From assembly GCA_963703345.1 (NCBI GenBank), contig OY969814.1, positions 928,001 through 992,000 of the forward strand: a DNA stretch of 64,000 nucleotides. The letters are read 5' to 3'. The translations under genes were made by a program, and so were the position numbers. The notes beneath the pieces are model-generated. The model made no database searches, was not told where the DNA came from, and was given only the letters and a program-made list of their open reading frames with translations. This document shows positions 10,366 to 20,014 of the stretch, in pieces (the stretch's first letter is position 1; each line of letters begins with the position of its first letter). The DNA is from an uncultured Chloroflexia bacterium (lineage in GTDB: Bacteria; Chloroflexota; Dehalococcoidia; DSTF01; JALHUB01).

Positions 10366-11244
10366 GTGGGACGCAAGAAGACAAAGAAACGCCATCGAAT
10401 AGCGGAAGGGCCTCGTCCCGGTAGGGGCGGGGCCCGCCGTTCCAGGCTTTATCTGGCAACTGCCGTCGTTGTCGTCGTGGCAGCTGCTTTCGCCTCGATT
10501 GCTGGGTTCTTCGCCGTCCGCGGGCAGGGAGGGGAGCAAGCATCGCACCGGGCGGCTATCGTCGACCAGCTAAGCGTCAGAATCCCCAATCCTTCCTTCG
10601 TTGAGACCGCAACCACGACGCTCGAGCAGGCAGGGTACGCCGTCGATTATTACGACGCCGACAAAGTGACAGTGGACTTCTTCCGCGATCTGCCCACCCA
10701 CGGATATGACCTTATCATCCTCCGTGCCCACTCCGCGATTCCCAGGAAGGACCTGGGCCTTCCCGTGGACGTCTCTCAGACCGTGCTCGACAGGGTGATG
10801 GCGAAGATCGGCGACGACGTCCTCCTCTTCACCTCCCAGCCTTACGACAGCTCGGCCTACGTCGATGACCAGAAGTCCATGAGGTTGTTCCCCGTCGTCT
10901 ACGCCGGCGACACTGCAGACAATGCTTACTTCGCCGTCTCGTCCTTCTTCGTCGAGTCGAGCATGCGCGGGCGGTTCAACGGCACGACAATCATCCTGAT
11001 GGGTTGCAGTAGCCTCGCGTCCGACAAGACCGCCGCCGCCCTGGTCGATAAAGGCGCAAAGGGCGTCACCGGCTGGACCGACATGGTAACGCCTGAACAT
11101 ACGGACAAGGCAACCGCCCAGTTGCTCCGTCACCTGTTGGAGGACAAGCTGCCGTTGTCGAAGGCAGTAGACATAACAATGTCCGACGTGGGCCAGGATC
11201 CGACTTATGGGTCCAGCATGCGCGCCTACCCGCCGGCCGGATAG
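10366..11244 (+). CDS. Membrane-anchored hypothetical protein, possible caspase/CHAT-like fold
   Basis: Basic N-terminus, one TM helix, LIILRAHS and IILMGCSS motifs. Confidence 0.6.
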   Translation: MGRKKTKKRHRIAEGPRPGRGGARRSRLYLATAVVVVVAAAFASIAGFFAVRGQGGEQASHRAAIVDQLSVRIPNPSFVETATTTLEQAGYAVDYYDADKVTVDFFRDLPTHGYDLIILRAHSAIPRKDLGLPVDVSQTVLDRVMAKIGDDVLLFTSQPYDSSAYVDDQKSMRLFPVVYAGDTADNAYFAVSSFFVESSMRGRFNGTTIILMGCSSLASDKTAAALVDKGAKGVTGWTDMVTPEHTDKATAQLLRHLLEDKLPLSKAVDITMSDVGQDPTYGSSMRAYPPAG

Positions 11245-11472
11245 TCACCCCTTTCGAATCCGGACCGGTCCTCCCGCCTTCCTGGCCGAAAGACGGTTTG
11301 ACCGGAAAAGGCAGGATTCTTATGTCCAGAAACTATTGCGCATGGTGCTTCCGCCGAGTATTATCGATGGAAAGGCTGGGCCTTGGTGGTCCTCTGGGGG
11401 GAGTGAGGCTCCCCAAGCAAGTCCTGATAATCGCACCCCGCCCGTTCTCACGACTTTATAGGAGGCGTTAGT

Positions 11473-12837
11473 ATGAGACGTTGGCTTCGTGCACCCCTTA
11501 TTCTCTTCGGGTTTGCCCTCGCGATGACGTTGGCTGTTCTCGTCGTTGGCAGCCACGGTTCCCCGACCTATGCCCACATCGTCGACTTGGACGGGACCCC
11601 CCCCATCGACGCGGGCGACGTTCACATGGAAATCGACATGGACATCTCGGACGGCAACCCCTGCAACCCGGTCGATACGGTGGCCTACCACAAGGCTGGT
11701 GACACCTATGTCGTCGCTATCTGTCTGACCAGCGCCGGCACTGCGGTGGGCGGCGCCAACGGACCGCCGGCCGCCTTCGACTTCCAGGTGATGTACGACA
11801 GAAGTCTGGACCAGTGCGTTCCGGGAGCCGTGGATGCCAATCTCGACGGCAACCCGGACGCCAACACCGGTACGACGTCATTCACGACGCCCAACCTGGG
11901 CGATCCCGCCAGGTGGGACTGCACTGCCTCCGGCAACGCGTATCCGACCTGTGACTATGACCCCAGCAACCCGACTCAAGGCACGGCCTATCTCGGCTGC
12001 TTCTTGGGGAGCGGCACCGCGACCCTGCCCGCCGGCGACACAGTCTCAGCGCCCCTCGCCGAAATCACGTTCACAGCCCTGGCAGATGGCACTGATTCCT
12101 TGACCTTCGCTGAAGCCACCGAGGCGGACAAGGGCACGAACCAGAACATAAGCTGCCCGCCCAACGGAGCTGAGTTGAACCGGTGCTTCGACGGGACCAG
12201 CATCATCGAAGAGCCCACGAGTACGCCGACGAACACGCCGACGAATACGCCCACAAACACGCCGACTAACATGCCGACTAACACGCCGACGAACACGCCG
12301 ACGAACACGCCGATGAACGCAGCGACGAATACGCCGACAAACACGCCGACGAATACGCCGACAAACACGCCGACAAATACGCCGACGAGGACGCCGACGA
12401 ACACGCCGACGAATACGCCGACGAATACGCCGACGAGGACGCCGACGAACACGCCGACGAACACGCCGACGGCCACAAACACGACGCCGCCGATATTCAC
12501 AAACACACCCACGCCGACGGCCACAAACACGACGCCGCCGATAGCCACAAACACGCCAACGTCGACGGCCACAAACACACCCACGTCGTCCCCAACGACA
12601 ACCCGAACACCCACGTCCACTGCGACGTCCGCCGCGGGCCCGACAGCGACTTCGACGCCTACGCCGGCGGGAACGGCCCGGGCTACGCCCTTCGACAGGG
12701 TCATCGCGAACATCGAACAGCTGGTCGACCGCTTCTGCGACGATGGCCACAACCGGGGATTCCAATGCAGAAGCTTGGAGTCCGTCCTTGGGCTGCTGGA
12801 AAGGCTGCGCGACAACTGGCTGTCGCGCAAGGGCTAG
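11473..12837 (+). CDS. Secreted cohesin-like domain protein with PTNT repeats
   Basis: AGGAGG RBS, signal peptide, [10 protein letters not shown]...LAEITFTA...DSLTF cohesin-like pattern, long Thr/Pro/Asn linker. Confidence 0.7.
   Translation: MRRWLRAPLILFGFALAMTLAVLVVGSHGSPTYAHIVDLDGTPPIDAGDVHMEIDMDISDGNPCNPVDTVAYHKAGDTYVVAICLTSAGTAVGGANGPPAAFDFQVMYDRSLDQCVPGAVDANLDGNPDANTGTTSFTTPNLGDPARWDCTASGNAYPTCDYDPSNPTQGTAYLGCFLGSGTATLPAGDTVSAPLAEITFTALADGTDSLTFAEATEADKGTNQNISCPPNGAELNRCFDGTSIIEEPTSTPTNTPTNTPTNTPTNMPTNTPTNTPTNTPMNAATNTPTNTPTNTPTNTPTNTPTRTPTNTPTNTPTNTPTRTPTNTPTNTPTATNTTPPIFTNTPTPTATNTTPPIATNTPTSTATNTPTSSPTTTRTPTSTATSAAGPTATSTPTPAGTARATPFDRVIANIEQLVDRFCDDGHNRGFQCRSLESVLGLLERLRDNWLSRKG
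12214..12480 (+). repeat. 12-bp coding tandem repeat (ACGCCGACGAAC-type, encodes TPTN)
   Basis: About 20 degenerate copies visible directly. Confidence 0.9.
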
Positions 12838-12941
12838 GGACTGATCGAGTAGCCCGACAGGCAAAAGCCTCGAATTGAGAGTGACGCCCGCAACCGCGGG
12901 CGTCACTTCTTATTCATGCGGTGGCTGGCTGGGGAAGGAGT

Positions 12942-14465
12942 TCAGACTGGAGGAGCGGACGCCGGAAGCGTCATCCGAAACGTTATCGTGCTATCCGTTA
13001 GTTGCGCTTCGAGCTTGCCGCCGTGCAGCTCCACCAGGTCGCGGGCAATGGGCAGGCCGAGGCCGCTTCCCGCCGAGGGTCCGGTCCGGGCGCGGTCGCG
13101 ACGGTAAAAACGCTCGAACAGTCGCGGCAGCTCCTCCGCTTCGACGTCCGTCACCGCATTCGCCACCTCAACGCATACTTGCTGTTCCCCGTCGTTGAAG
13201 GCGCGAACCCGGACTTCGCCGCCCGCGGGCGTGAACTTGCGAGAGTTGTCCAGAAGGTTCTCCAGCGCCCGTTCCAGCTTAGCCCGGTCGACGTATGCGC
13301 GAACGCCGGATGGGACGTCGCAGGTGATGGCGACGCTTCGCTCCGCGGCTGCAGGCGTCGTCCGCTCAACCGCCTTCGCCGCAAGCGCCGACAGGTCAAC
13401 GTCCTCCCGCTGCACAAGCGCCTGCCCCGCCTCGATTTCCGACAGGAACAGCAGGTCGTTGAGGCGTTCCGACAGCTTCGTGACCTCATCGTAGATCACG
13501 TCGCCGGCGTGCTTCGATTCCTCTTCGCCCGTGATGACGCCGCCTCGAAGCGCCTGCGCGAATCCCAGTATCGACGTCAGCGGCGTCCGCATGTCATGCG
13601 ACACGTTGGCCAGCAGGGCGCGCATCTGGACCTGAGTCTCCCCCACGCTCCTCGCCATGGACGAGAACGCGCGCGACAACTGCCCGACTTCGTCGCCGCG
13701 GTCCGCCGGCACGTCGATGTCGAATGCGCCCTGCGCCATCTGGTCGGCGGCCACGGTAAGCTTGCTCAGAGGACGGGTGATGTTCCGACTGATCACTATC
13801 GCCGAGGCGATGGCTACGGGAAGAGCGATTACGGCCGCCAGGGCCAGCCACGGCAAGAGGTGCAGCCAGGCACGGGCGAAGGTATCGTCCGGGATGACGA
13901 TTGCCAGGCGGTAGGGCGCAACCTCCGTCCCGCTAACTGAAGGATCTGCGACCGCGGAGTTGCCCGGCGGCGGAATTGTGATCCGCTGCCCTCGGCTCGT
14001 CAACGGGGGAGAGACCGCCGCCAGGATCACGCTGCCCCCGGTTCCCCCTTCGAGCTGCCAGGTACGATAGTAATCGTGGCGAGCCGGCGGCGAGACACCG
14101 TCAGCCGGCGGCGAGCTCTCCTGAACCTGCAGTTGCGCGCCCGACAGTCCTCCGTCCGTGTCCTCGACGACGACGCCGGAGTAATCGAACAACAAGATCC
14201 GCTCATTGTAGTTGGCCGCCGCGGTGCGAGTGTACTGCTGAAGTTGAGAAAGCGAAGCGCCGTCCAGCAGGAGCTGCAGGAATTCGCCGTGGATCACCGG
14301 CGCGGTCGCTTCGGTATGGTCCAGCTCCCGCTGCTTCTCCTGGCCGTGCGTCAGGGCAACGAAAATGCCGCTGGCCAGCACGAGTGAGCCTATCACGAGC
14401 AGAATGCTGGCGGTCACCAGCTTGCCGCGCAAAGTGCGGGGGTTGAAGGCGGAGAGCGGCGCCAT
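12942..14465 (-). CDS. HAMP-domain sensor histidine kinase
   Basis: Two TM helices, HAMP, SHDMRTPLT H-box, NLLDN, GSGLGL. Confidence 0.93.
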   Translation of the reverse strand: MAPLSAFNPRTLRGKLVTASILLVIGSLVLASGIFVALTHGQEKQRELDHTEATAPVIHGEFLQLLLDGASLSQLQQYTRTAAANYNERILLFDYSGVVVEDTDGGLSGAQLQVQESSPPADGVSPPARHDYYRTWQLEGGTGGSVILAAVSPPLTSRGQRITIPPPGNSAVADPSVSGTEVAPYRLAIVIPDDTFARAWLHLLPWLALAAVIALPVAIASAIVISRNITRPLSKLTVAADQMAQGAFDIDVPADRGDEVGQLSRAFSSMARSVGETQVQMRALLANVSHDMRTPLTSILGFAQALRGGVITGEEESKHAGDVIYDEVTKLSERLNDLLFLSEIEAGQALVQREDVDLSALAAKAVERTTPAAAERSVAITCDVPSGVRAYVDRAKLERALENLLDNSRKFTPAGGEVRVRAFNDGEQQVCVEVANAVTDVEAEELPRLFERFYRRDRARTGPSAGSGLGLPIARDLVELHGGKLEAQLTDSTITFRMTLPASAPPV

Positions 14466-14466
14466 G

Positions 14467-15141
14467 CTAGTTCTCCGGCACGAGCCGATAGCCCGTGCCC
14501 CAGGCCGTCTCTATGTGTACGCCGCGGTGGGCCAGCTTCTCGCGCAGCCGCGCCACGTGCACGTCCACGGTCCTGTGGCCGTAAAACGAGGTCCCCCATG
14601 CAAGGTCGAGCAGGCGATCCCTGTCGAGCACGACGTTGGGGAAGTGAGCGAACGCGAGCAGCAAGTCGAACTCCCGCGGAGTGAGCGGCACGACCGTCCC
14701 GCCCACGCGCGCCTCGCGGCAGTCGATGTCCATCGAAAGCGGCCCGACCTGCACCCGCTCTATCCGGGCAGTCGCGCCGGAGTTGGCCCGCCGGAGCACC
14801 GCCGCCACGCGCGCGACGAGTTCATCCGGATTGAACGGCTTCGTGACGTAGTCGTCCGCGCCCAGACGAAGCCCGGCAATCCTGTCTATGTCCGAAGCCC
14901 GCGCCGTCAAGAGCAAGATGGGCATCTGGCCGCGCAGCTTCCGACAGATCTGCAGCCCGTCCGGTCCCGGCATCATGATGTCGAGGACGATCAGCGCCGG
15001 CAGCGACTCTCGCGCCTTGCGCAGCGTCTCCTCGCCGTCACAGGCGGTCTCGACGCGATAGCCCGCGCGCCGCAGGTACAGCGACACGAGCTCCACCGTG
15101 TGCGCGTCATCGTCTGCTACCAGGATCGGCTTTTCGTCCAT
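14467..15141 (-). CDS. OmpR-family response regulator
   Basis: ILVADDD, LDIMMPG, GADDYVTKPF, RTVDVHVARLREKL, WGTGY. Confidence 0.93.
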   Translation of the reverse strand: MDEKPILVADDDAHTVELVSLYLRRAGYRVETACDGEETLRKARESLPALIVLDIMMPGPDGLQICRKLRGQMPILLLTARASDIDRIAGLRLGADDYVTKPFNPDELVARVAAVLRRANSGATARIERVQVGPLSMDIDCREARVGGTVVPLTPREFDLLLAFAHFPNVVLDRDRLLDLAWGTSFYGHRTVDVHVARLREKLAHRGVHIETAWGTGYRLVPEN

Positions 15142-15193
15142 ATCCTCATCGCACCTTATTCCATTTTGCAGCGCTGGCGATTCTACCAGCAAC

Positions 15194-15820
15194 TCAAGGC
15201 GTTGCCGGAGGGGTCCCTTGCGCCTCCGGCGTCCCTCCGGCGCCGGGCGGTCGCCCGAACCCTCCGAACCCATTCCCGTCGATCATGTTATCGATGCGGC
15301 TCGACAGGTTCTGCATCTCCGTATTCGCCTGGTCCTGGGTCATTTGCTCGTTCGCCACCGCCTGGTCCGCGCTCGCCTGGATCTGCTGCGTCAGGAACGC
15401 CTTCAGGTCGTCGCGCGACTTTCCGTGCGCCTGGGCGACCGTCGCCATCGTTGCGCCCTCGGCCGAAAGCTCGGATTGGAGCTGGTCCTGGGAGATGCCG
15501 AGGAAGCCGGCTAAGGATGAGTTGAGATTTCCGAGGAACATACCGCCCCCACGGGCGCCAGGCGTGCCGAATGCGCCCGGCGTTCCGAACGGAAGCGGTG
15601 TGCCTAACGCGCGCGCCGTCTCGAAAGCGCCCGGCGTGCCGTTGCCGCGAGAGCGCGGCGTCCCCTGACCGGCGACGCCGGAGGGCAGCGGCTTTGCGGT
15701 TGGTGTCGCGCTCGCCGCGTTCGACCCTCCGCCGCAGGCCGTCGACACCGCGGCGACTCCGGCGACCAGCGCAAGAAGCGCCGCCGCGATAAGTCCCGAT
15801 TGGATGCGTCCCCTGTTCAC
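15194..15820 (-). CDS. Putative lipoprotein (Gly/Pro-rich, helical LAxFLGIS..L..EL domain)
   Basis: Lipobox-like STAC-GGG, GGAGGT RBS, co-oriented with the exporter and two-component genes. Confidence 0.65.
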   Translation of the reverse strand: MNRGRIQSGLIAAALLALVAGVAAVSTACGGGSNAASATPTAKPLPSGVAGQGTPRSRGNGTPGAFETARALGTPLPFGTPGAFGTPGARGGGMFLGNLNSSLAGFLGISQDQLQSELSAEGATMATVAQAHGKSRDDLKAFLTQQIQASADQAVANEQMTQDQANTEMQNLSSRIDNMIDGNGFGGFGRPPGAGGTPEAQGTPPATP

Positions 15821-15844
15821 CCTCGCTACCTCCCTTTCTTGCTG

Positions 15845-17137
15845 TTACTCGCTGCGTAGCGCCTCTATCGGGTCAAGGCGAGAAGCGCGGAACGCCGGGT
15901 AGATGCCGAAGAACAGGCCGATGGCGGCCGAGACCGTGAAGGCGACGACGATGCTAAACGGCGTCACCAGCGTCGTGACCGAAGAGCTCGTTCCGAACGA
16001 GGCGCCGTTGGCGAGCCTCGCCGCCAGCACTCCGACGATCACTCCAATAGCGCCGCCGACCAGCGTGACCAGCAGCGCCTCGATGATGAACTGGATGAGA
16101 ATGTCCTGTCGCTTGGCGCCGACCGCCTTGCGGATGCCGATCTCCCGCGTCCGCTCCGTCACTGACACGAGCATGATGTTCATCGTGCCGATGCCGCCGA
16201 CGATCAGCGAGATGCCGGCGATGGCGCCCAGCAGGATGGTTAGCGTGCGGCTGACGCTCCTGGCTGCCGACGTCAGGTCGCTCTGCGTTTGCGCCACGAA
16301 GTCCTCGGTCTGGTGGCGGTCCAGCATGACCTGCGTGATGGCGGTCTTGGTCTGGTCAACCTTGTCGCTGGAGGTGACCTTGACGACGATCTCCTGGATG
16401 TTCGATTGGCCGGTCGGGCTGCGGCCGAAGGGCACCCTCTGCTGGAACGTCGTGAGCGGCACGATTATCGTCGTGTCGTCGGTGCCGGTGCCGGCCGCCC
16501 CGCGCGGTTCCATGACGCCTTCGACGGTAAGGTTCAGAGAGAACGGACCAAAGCTGAGGCGCACGTCCTGGCCGATGGCGTTCGCCGGCGTGTCGAAGAG
16601 GGCTTGCGCCACCTGCGCGCCCAGCACTACGTTCGTCGCCTTGGTCGTCATGTCCTCGTCGGTGATGAAGCTGCCCGTCGCAACCTTGTAGCTGCGGACG
16701 GACTGGAAATCGGGCTGGGTCGCGGTCATCGCCGTCGCCGTCGTCGAGCGCCCGTTGCCTGTGAGCTGTGTGCTGAGGCTCAGGCTGTACTGGGCGACTA
16801 CTGCGCTGACGTATGGCAGTTGCGGGTTGTTCTTCAGGGCGGCGGCGTCGTCAGTCGTCAGAGAAAAGGGGTTGAACGATCTGGTGTTTCTGCTACTGCT
16901 GCTGCTGCTGCTACCGCTGCTGCTGGTGCTCTGGCTCTGCTGCGACTGAATGAAGATGAGGTTGCTGCCGAGGCCGCTGACCTCCTTCGTTACGCCCTGC
17001 TTCGCGCCCTGGCCCGCCGCCATGAGGGCGATGACCGCGCCCACACCGATAACAATTCCGAGCATCGTAAGAATGGTCCGCAGCTTGTTGGTGGTTAGCG
17101 CCATCACCGCTGCCTGGATCATGCTGAAGACGATCAT
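15845..17137 (-). CDS. MacB/FtsX-like ABC transporter permease
   Basis: LRTILTMLGIVIGV, GGIGTMNIMLVSVTERTREIGIRKAVGA, PIEALRSE. Confidence 0.93.
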   Translation of the reverse strand: MIVFSMIQAAVMALTTNKLRTILTMLGIVIGVGAVIALMAAGQGAKQGVTKEVSGLGSNLIFIQSQQSQSTSSSGSSSSSSSRNTRSFNPFSLTTDDAAALKNNPQLPYVSAVVAQYSLSLSTQLTGNGRSTTATAMTATQPDFQSVRSYKVATGSFITDEDMTTKATNVVLGAQVAQALFDTPANAIGQDVRLSFGPFSLNLTVEGVMEPRGAAGTGTDDTTIIVPLTTFQQRVPFGRSPTGQSNIQEIVVKVTSSDKVDQTKTAITQVMLDRHQTEDFVAQTQSDLTSAARSVSRTLTILLGAIAGISLIVGGIGTMNIMLVSVTERTREIGIRKAVGAKRQDILIQFIIEALLVTLVGGAIGVIVGVLAARLANGASFGTSSSVTTLVTPFSIVVAFTVSAAIGLFFGIYPAFRASRLDPIEALRSE

Positions 17138-17883
17138 GCCTTCGCCTCCTCTCGCGCCGTGGAGGGGGCCGACTCTCCGAACTTGGGGGCAACGTGCTCT
17201 GGAATAATCTCCCGCGTCGGCCCGTCGAATACGATGCGCCCGTCGAGCATCTGGATAACGCGGTGCGCGTAAGCCGCGACCTCCAGCTCGTGCGTCACCA
17301 GCGCAATCGTCATGCCGCGCTGGCTGTTGAGGCGCACGAACATCTCCATCAGGTCGACCGTCGTCTTCGAATCGAGGGCCCCCGTGGGCTCGTCCGCCAG
17401 GATCAGCGCCGGATTCGTCACCAGTGCCCGCGCGATGGCAACGCGCTGCTGCTCGCCGCCGGAGAGCTGCGTCGGCCGGTGGTGCGCCCGATGGCGCAAT
17501 CCCACTTCCGACAGCGCCCGCAGCGCCATCTGCTTTCGATGGTTGGAGCCGCGGTAGATAAGAGGCAACTCCACCTGGGCGGCTGCCGGCCAGCGCGACA
17601 GCAGGTTGAACGACTGGAAGACGAAGCCGATGCGACGGTTGCGTATCATCGCGAGTTGAGCGTCTGTCATCCGGTGCACGTCATGGCCCTCGAATCGGTA
17701 CGTTCCGCGGGTCGGCCGATCCAGGCAGCCGAGGATGTGCATCAGTGTCGACTTGCCGGAGCCGGATGCCCCGACGATCGCCAGGAATTCGCCGCGCTGT
17801 ATCTCCAGGTCGATGCCGCGCAGGGCGGGGACCGGCACGTCACCGGCGCGATAGATCTTGTAGATCCCGTGAAGCTGGATCAT
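17134..17883 (-). CDS. ABC transporter ATP-binding protein (LolD/MacB-type)
   Basis: GASGSGKST, LSGGEQQR, LADEPTGALD, VTH. Confidence 0.95.
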   Translation of the reverse strand: MIQLHGIYKIYRAGDVPVPALRGIDLEIQRGEFLAIVGASGSGKSTLMHILGCLDRPTRGTYRFEGHDVHRMTDAQLAMIRNRRIGFVFQSFNLLSRWPAAAQVELPLIYRGSNHRKQMALRALSEVGLRHRAHHRPTQLSGGEQQRVAIARALVTNPALILADEPTGALDSKTTVDLMEMFVRLNSQRGMTIALVTHELEVAAYAHRVIQMLDGRIVFDGPTREIIPEHVAPKFGESAPSTAREEAKA

Positions 17884-17885
17884 CT

Positions 17886-19901
17886 TCAGTCGCCTCCGCG
17901 ACCCGCGCCGCCGGCTCCGGGGATAACGCCTCCACCTCCACCAAAGAACGCCCCCCCGCTCCCGGTTCGAGAAGGCGTGGCCTGGCTCGACGCCGTCGTC
18001 GACGTTGTCGTCGCGCCCGGGATGATTATCGTCTGTCCTTCTTCTAGGCCAGCCGTTATCTCGGTGTTCGTGCCGTTCGTGAGGCCGGTCTCTACCGTCT
18101 GACGGCCCGTGGAACCGTCGTCGTTCTGGACGTTGACGACCTCATTCCGGCCGTCGCGCTGGATTGCCGCGCTGGGCACCATGAGCACGTTCTGCGCCTG
18201 GTCGACGATGATTGTGACCGAGGCGTTCATGCCCGGCACCGGCTGCGGGCTGGCGGTCGCCTGGGCGCCCGGGGTAGCCTGTGCCTGGGGCTGCGACCCG
18301 GGTGTGGACGAAGCGGTCGGGCCCCCGGACTGCCCGTTCGCTGTCGCCCTGGCGCTCTGGCCGCTGACGATGTGCGCCTTCGCCTGGTAGGTCACTACGC
18401 CCTGCGTCGTCGTCGCGTTCGTGCCTACGGAGTCGATGACGATGGGGAAGATCGTTCCCGTGATGGCATCGAATGTGGCGGTGCCACTCTGGCCAACCTT
18501 GACGTTGGGCAGATCCGACTCGCCGACGCTCACGTTCAGTACGAGAGCGTTCGGTGTGTTAAGGACGATCGCCGAGGTCGAACTGCTGGATGCGCTGGAC
18601 GTTCCCCCCGATCCTACCGTATCCCCCACATTGATGTTCAGGGCGGCGACGGTCCCGTCGAACGGCGCGACGATCTGCGCGTTTTGCAGGTTCTTCTCCG
18701 CTTCGTTGACGCCGATCCGGGCCAGCGTGACCTGGTCGTTCTGCGACGCAATGTCCTCCGGCGTGGAGCCCTGGTACGTGGTGTCACGCTTCGACTGGGC
18801 CGCGGTCAGCGCGCTGTTGGCCGAGTCAACGGCTTGCTGCGCCTGGTTCACGTCGTCAGCCGCGGGATTGGTGAGCGCCGCCAGCTTGCTATTTGCCGTC
18901 TGGAGCCCGAGTTGCGCCGACTGGACGCTGGCATCCGCTACAGACACGTCGTTGCTGTCGGGGCCGCTGCCAAGCTTGTCGAGATTGTCTCTGGCGGTCT
19001 GAAGAGTGTTGCTGGACGTCACGTAAGCCGAATTCGCCGTCAGAATAGCGGACGCAGCAGATGGCGTGCATCCCGCCGGCGTCTCGGTAGGGGAACCCGA
19101 AGACGGACCGCTTGCAACGATGTCGTTCAGGTCGTTCCGCTCCGACGAGGAAATTGGCACCGAGTTTGCCGAGGGGAAGATGTCTGGACAGGCCGTCTCC
19201 GCTCCCTCCAGCTTGGCTTCGGCCGAAGACAGGTCGTTCTTCGCGTTGTCGACTGCTTTCTGGGCGGCGCTCTTGCTGTCGCTCCAGTTCGTGTCGAGCG
19301 CCGATCGGGCCTGCTGCGCCTTCGTCAACTGCGACTGAGCCGAGAGCACCGCCTGTTGCGCTGCGCTCACGGCGTCGCTGGTCGGATTGTACAGGTCTTG
19401 CAGAGCGGTGTTGGCCTTGTCCAGGTTCGATTGCGCCTGGATGACCGCTTGGTCGGCGGAAGCGAGTTCATCGGCGGTGCTGCCCTGGAGCATCGTGTTC
19501 AGCTTCGTCTGAGCCTCGTTCAGGCTCACCTGCGCCCGCGTGACGGCGTCCTTGAGCGTCTGCGAGTCCATCTGCGCCACCACGTCGCCTTGCTTGACCG
19601 CCTGGCCGACTTTGACGTTCACGGCGGTGACGAGCCCCGACTGGCCGAAGGAAAGGTTGGCGGTCGACTGCGAAGCTGCCGTCGCGCTGGTGCTTATCGT
19701 CTTCGTGATCGTGCCGCGCGTCACCTTGGCCGTCTGCGTCTGCGCCGCCGTCGACCCGCCGTCGCGCAGCATGGTCGCCCACAGCGTCGCAACGACGGCG
19801 ATGACCAGCGCTGCGGCCACCGCGAGCAGTATGAGTCGCCTGCGCCAGCGATGGCCGCCTTCGTCGAGGAAGTCGTCATAGTCTTCAGTTGCGTTCGTCA
19901 T
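17886..19901 (-). CDS. MacA/HlyD-like periplasmic adaptor with extended coiled coil
   Basis: N-terminal TM, VKVGQAVKQGD, long Ala/Gln coiled coil, IVAPFDG, PGMNASV, TEITAGLEEG. Confidence 0.88.
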   Translation of the reverse strand: MTNATEDYDDFLDEGGHRWRRRLILLAVAAALVIAVVATLWATMLRDGGSTAAQTQTAKVTRGTITKTISTSATAASQSTANLSFGQSGLVTAVNVKVGQAVKQGDVVAQMDSQTLKDAVTRAQVSLNEAQTKLNTMLQGSTADELASADQAVIQAQSNLDKANTALQDLYNPTSDAVSAAQQAVLSAQSQLTKAQQARSALDTNWSDSKSAAQKAVDNAKNDLSSAEAKLEGAETACPDIFPSANSVPISSSERNDLNDIVASGPSSGSPTETPAGCTPSAASAILTANSAYVTSSNTLQTARDNLDKLGSGPDSNDVSVADASVQSAQLGLQTANSKLAALTNPAADDVNQAQQAVDSANSALTAAQSKRDTTYQGSTPEDIASQNDQVTLARIGVNEAEKNLQNAQIVAPFDGTVAALNINVGDTVGSGGTSSASSSSTSAIVLNTPNALVLNVSVGESDLPNVKVGQSGTATFDAITGTIFPIVIDSVGTNATTTQGVVTYQAKAHIVSGQSARATANGQSGGPTASSTPGSQPQAQATPGAQATASPQPVPGMNASVTIIVDQAQNVLMVPSAAIQRDGRNEVVNVQNDDGSTGRQTVETGLTNGTNTEITAGLEEGQTIIIPGATTTSTTASSQATPSRTGSGGAFFGGGGGVIPGAGGAGRGGD

Positions 19902-20014
19902 CGTTGAATCCTCCTTGCGTGCGGGCCCCTCCGCCCGCTGCTAACGCTGAGGCCTGCCATCTAAGAGAAGGTTAGCGCCGAGTCGGATGCGAAGGTGTTG
20001 CCAAAATGTAACAA

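Noticed and set aside
12214-12660. Possible CRISPR-like array
   Set aside because: Contiguous 12-bp coding repeats without spacers; no CRISPR array or cas gene seen in the window.
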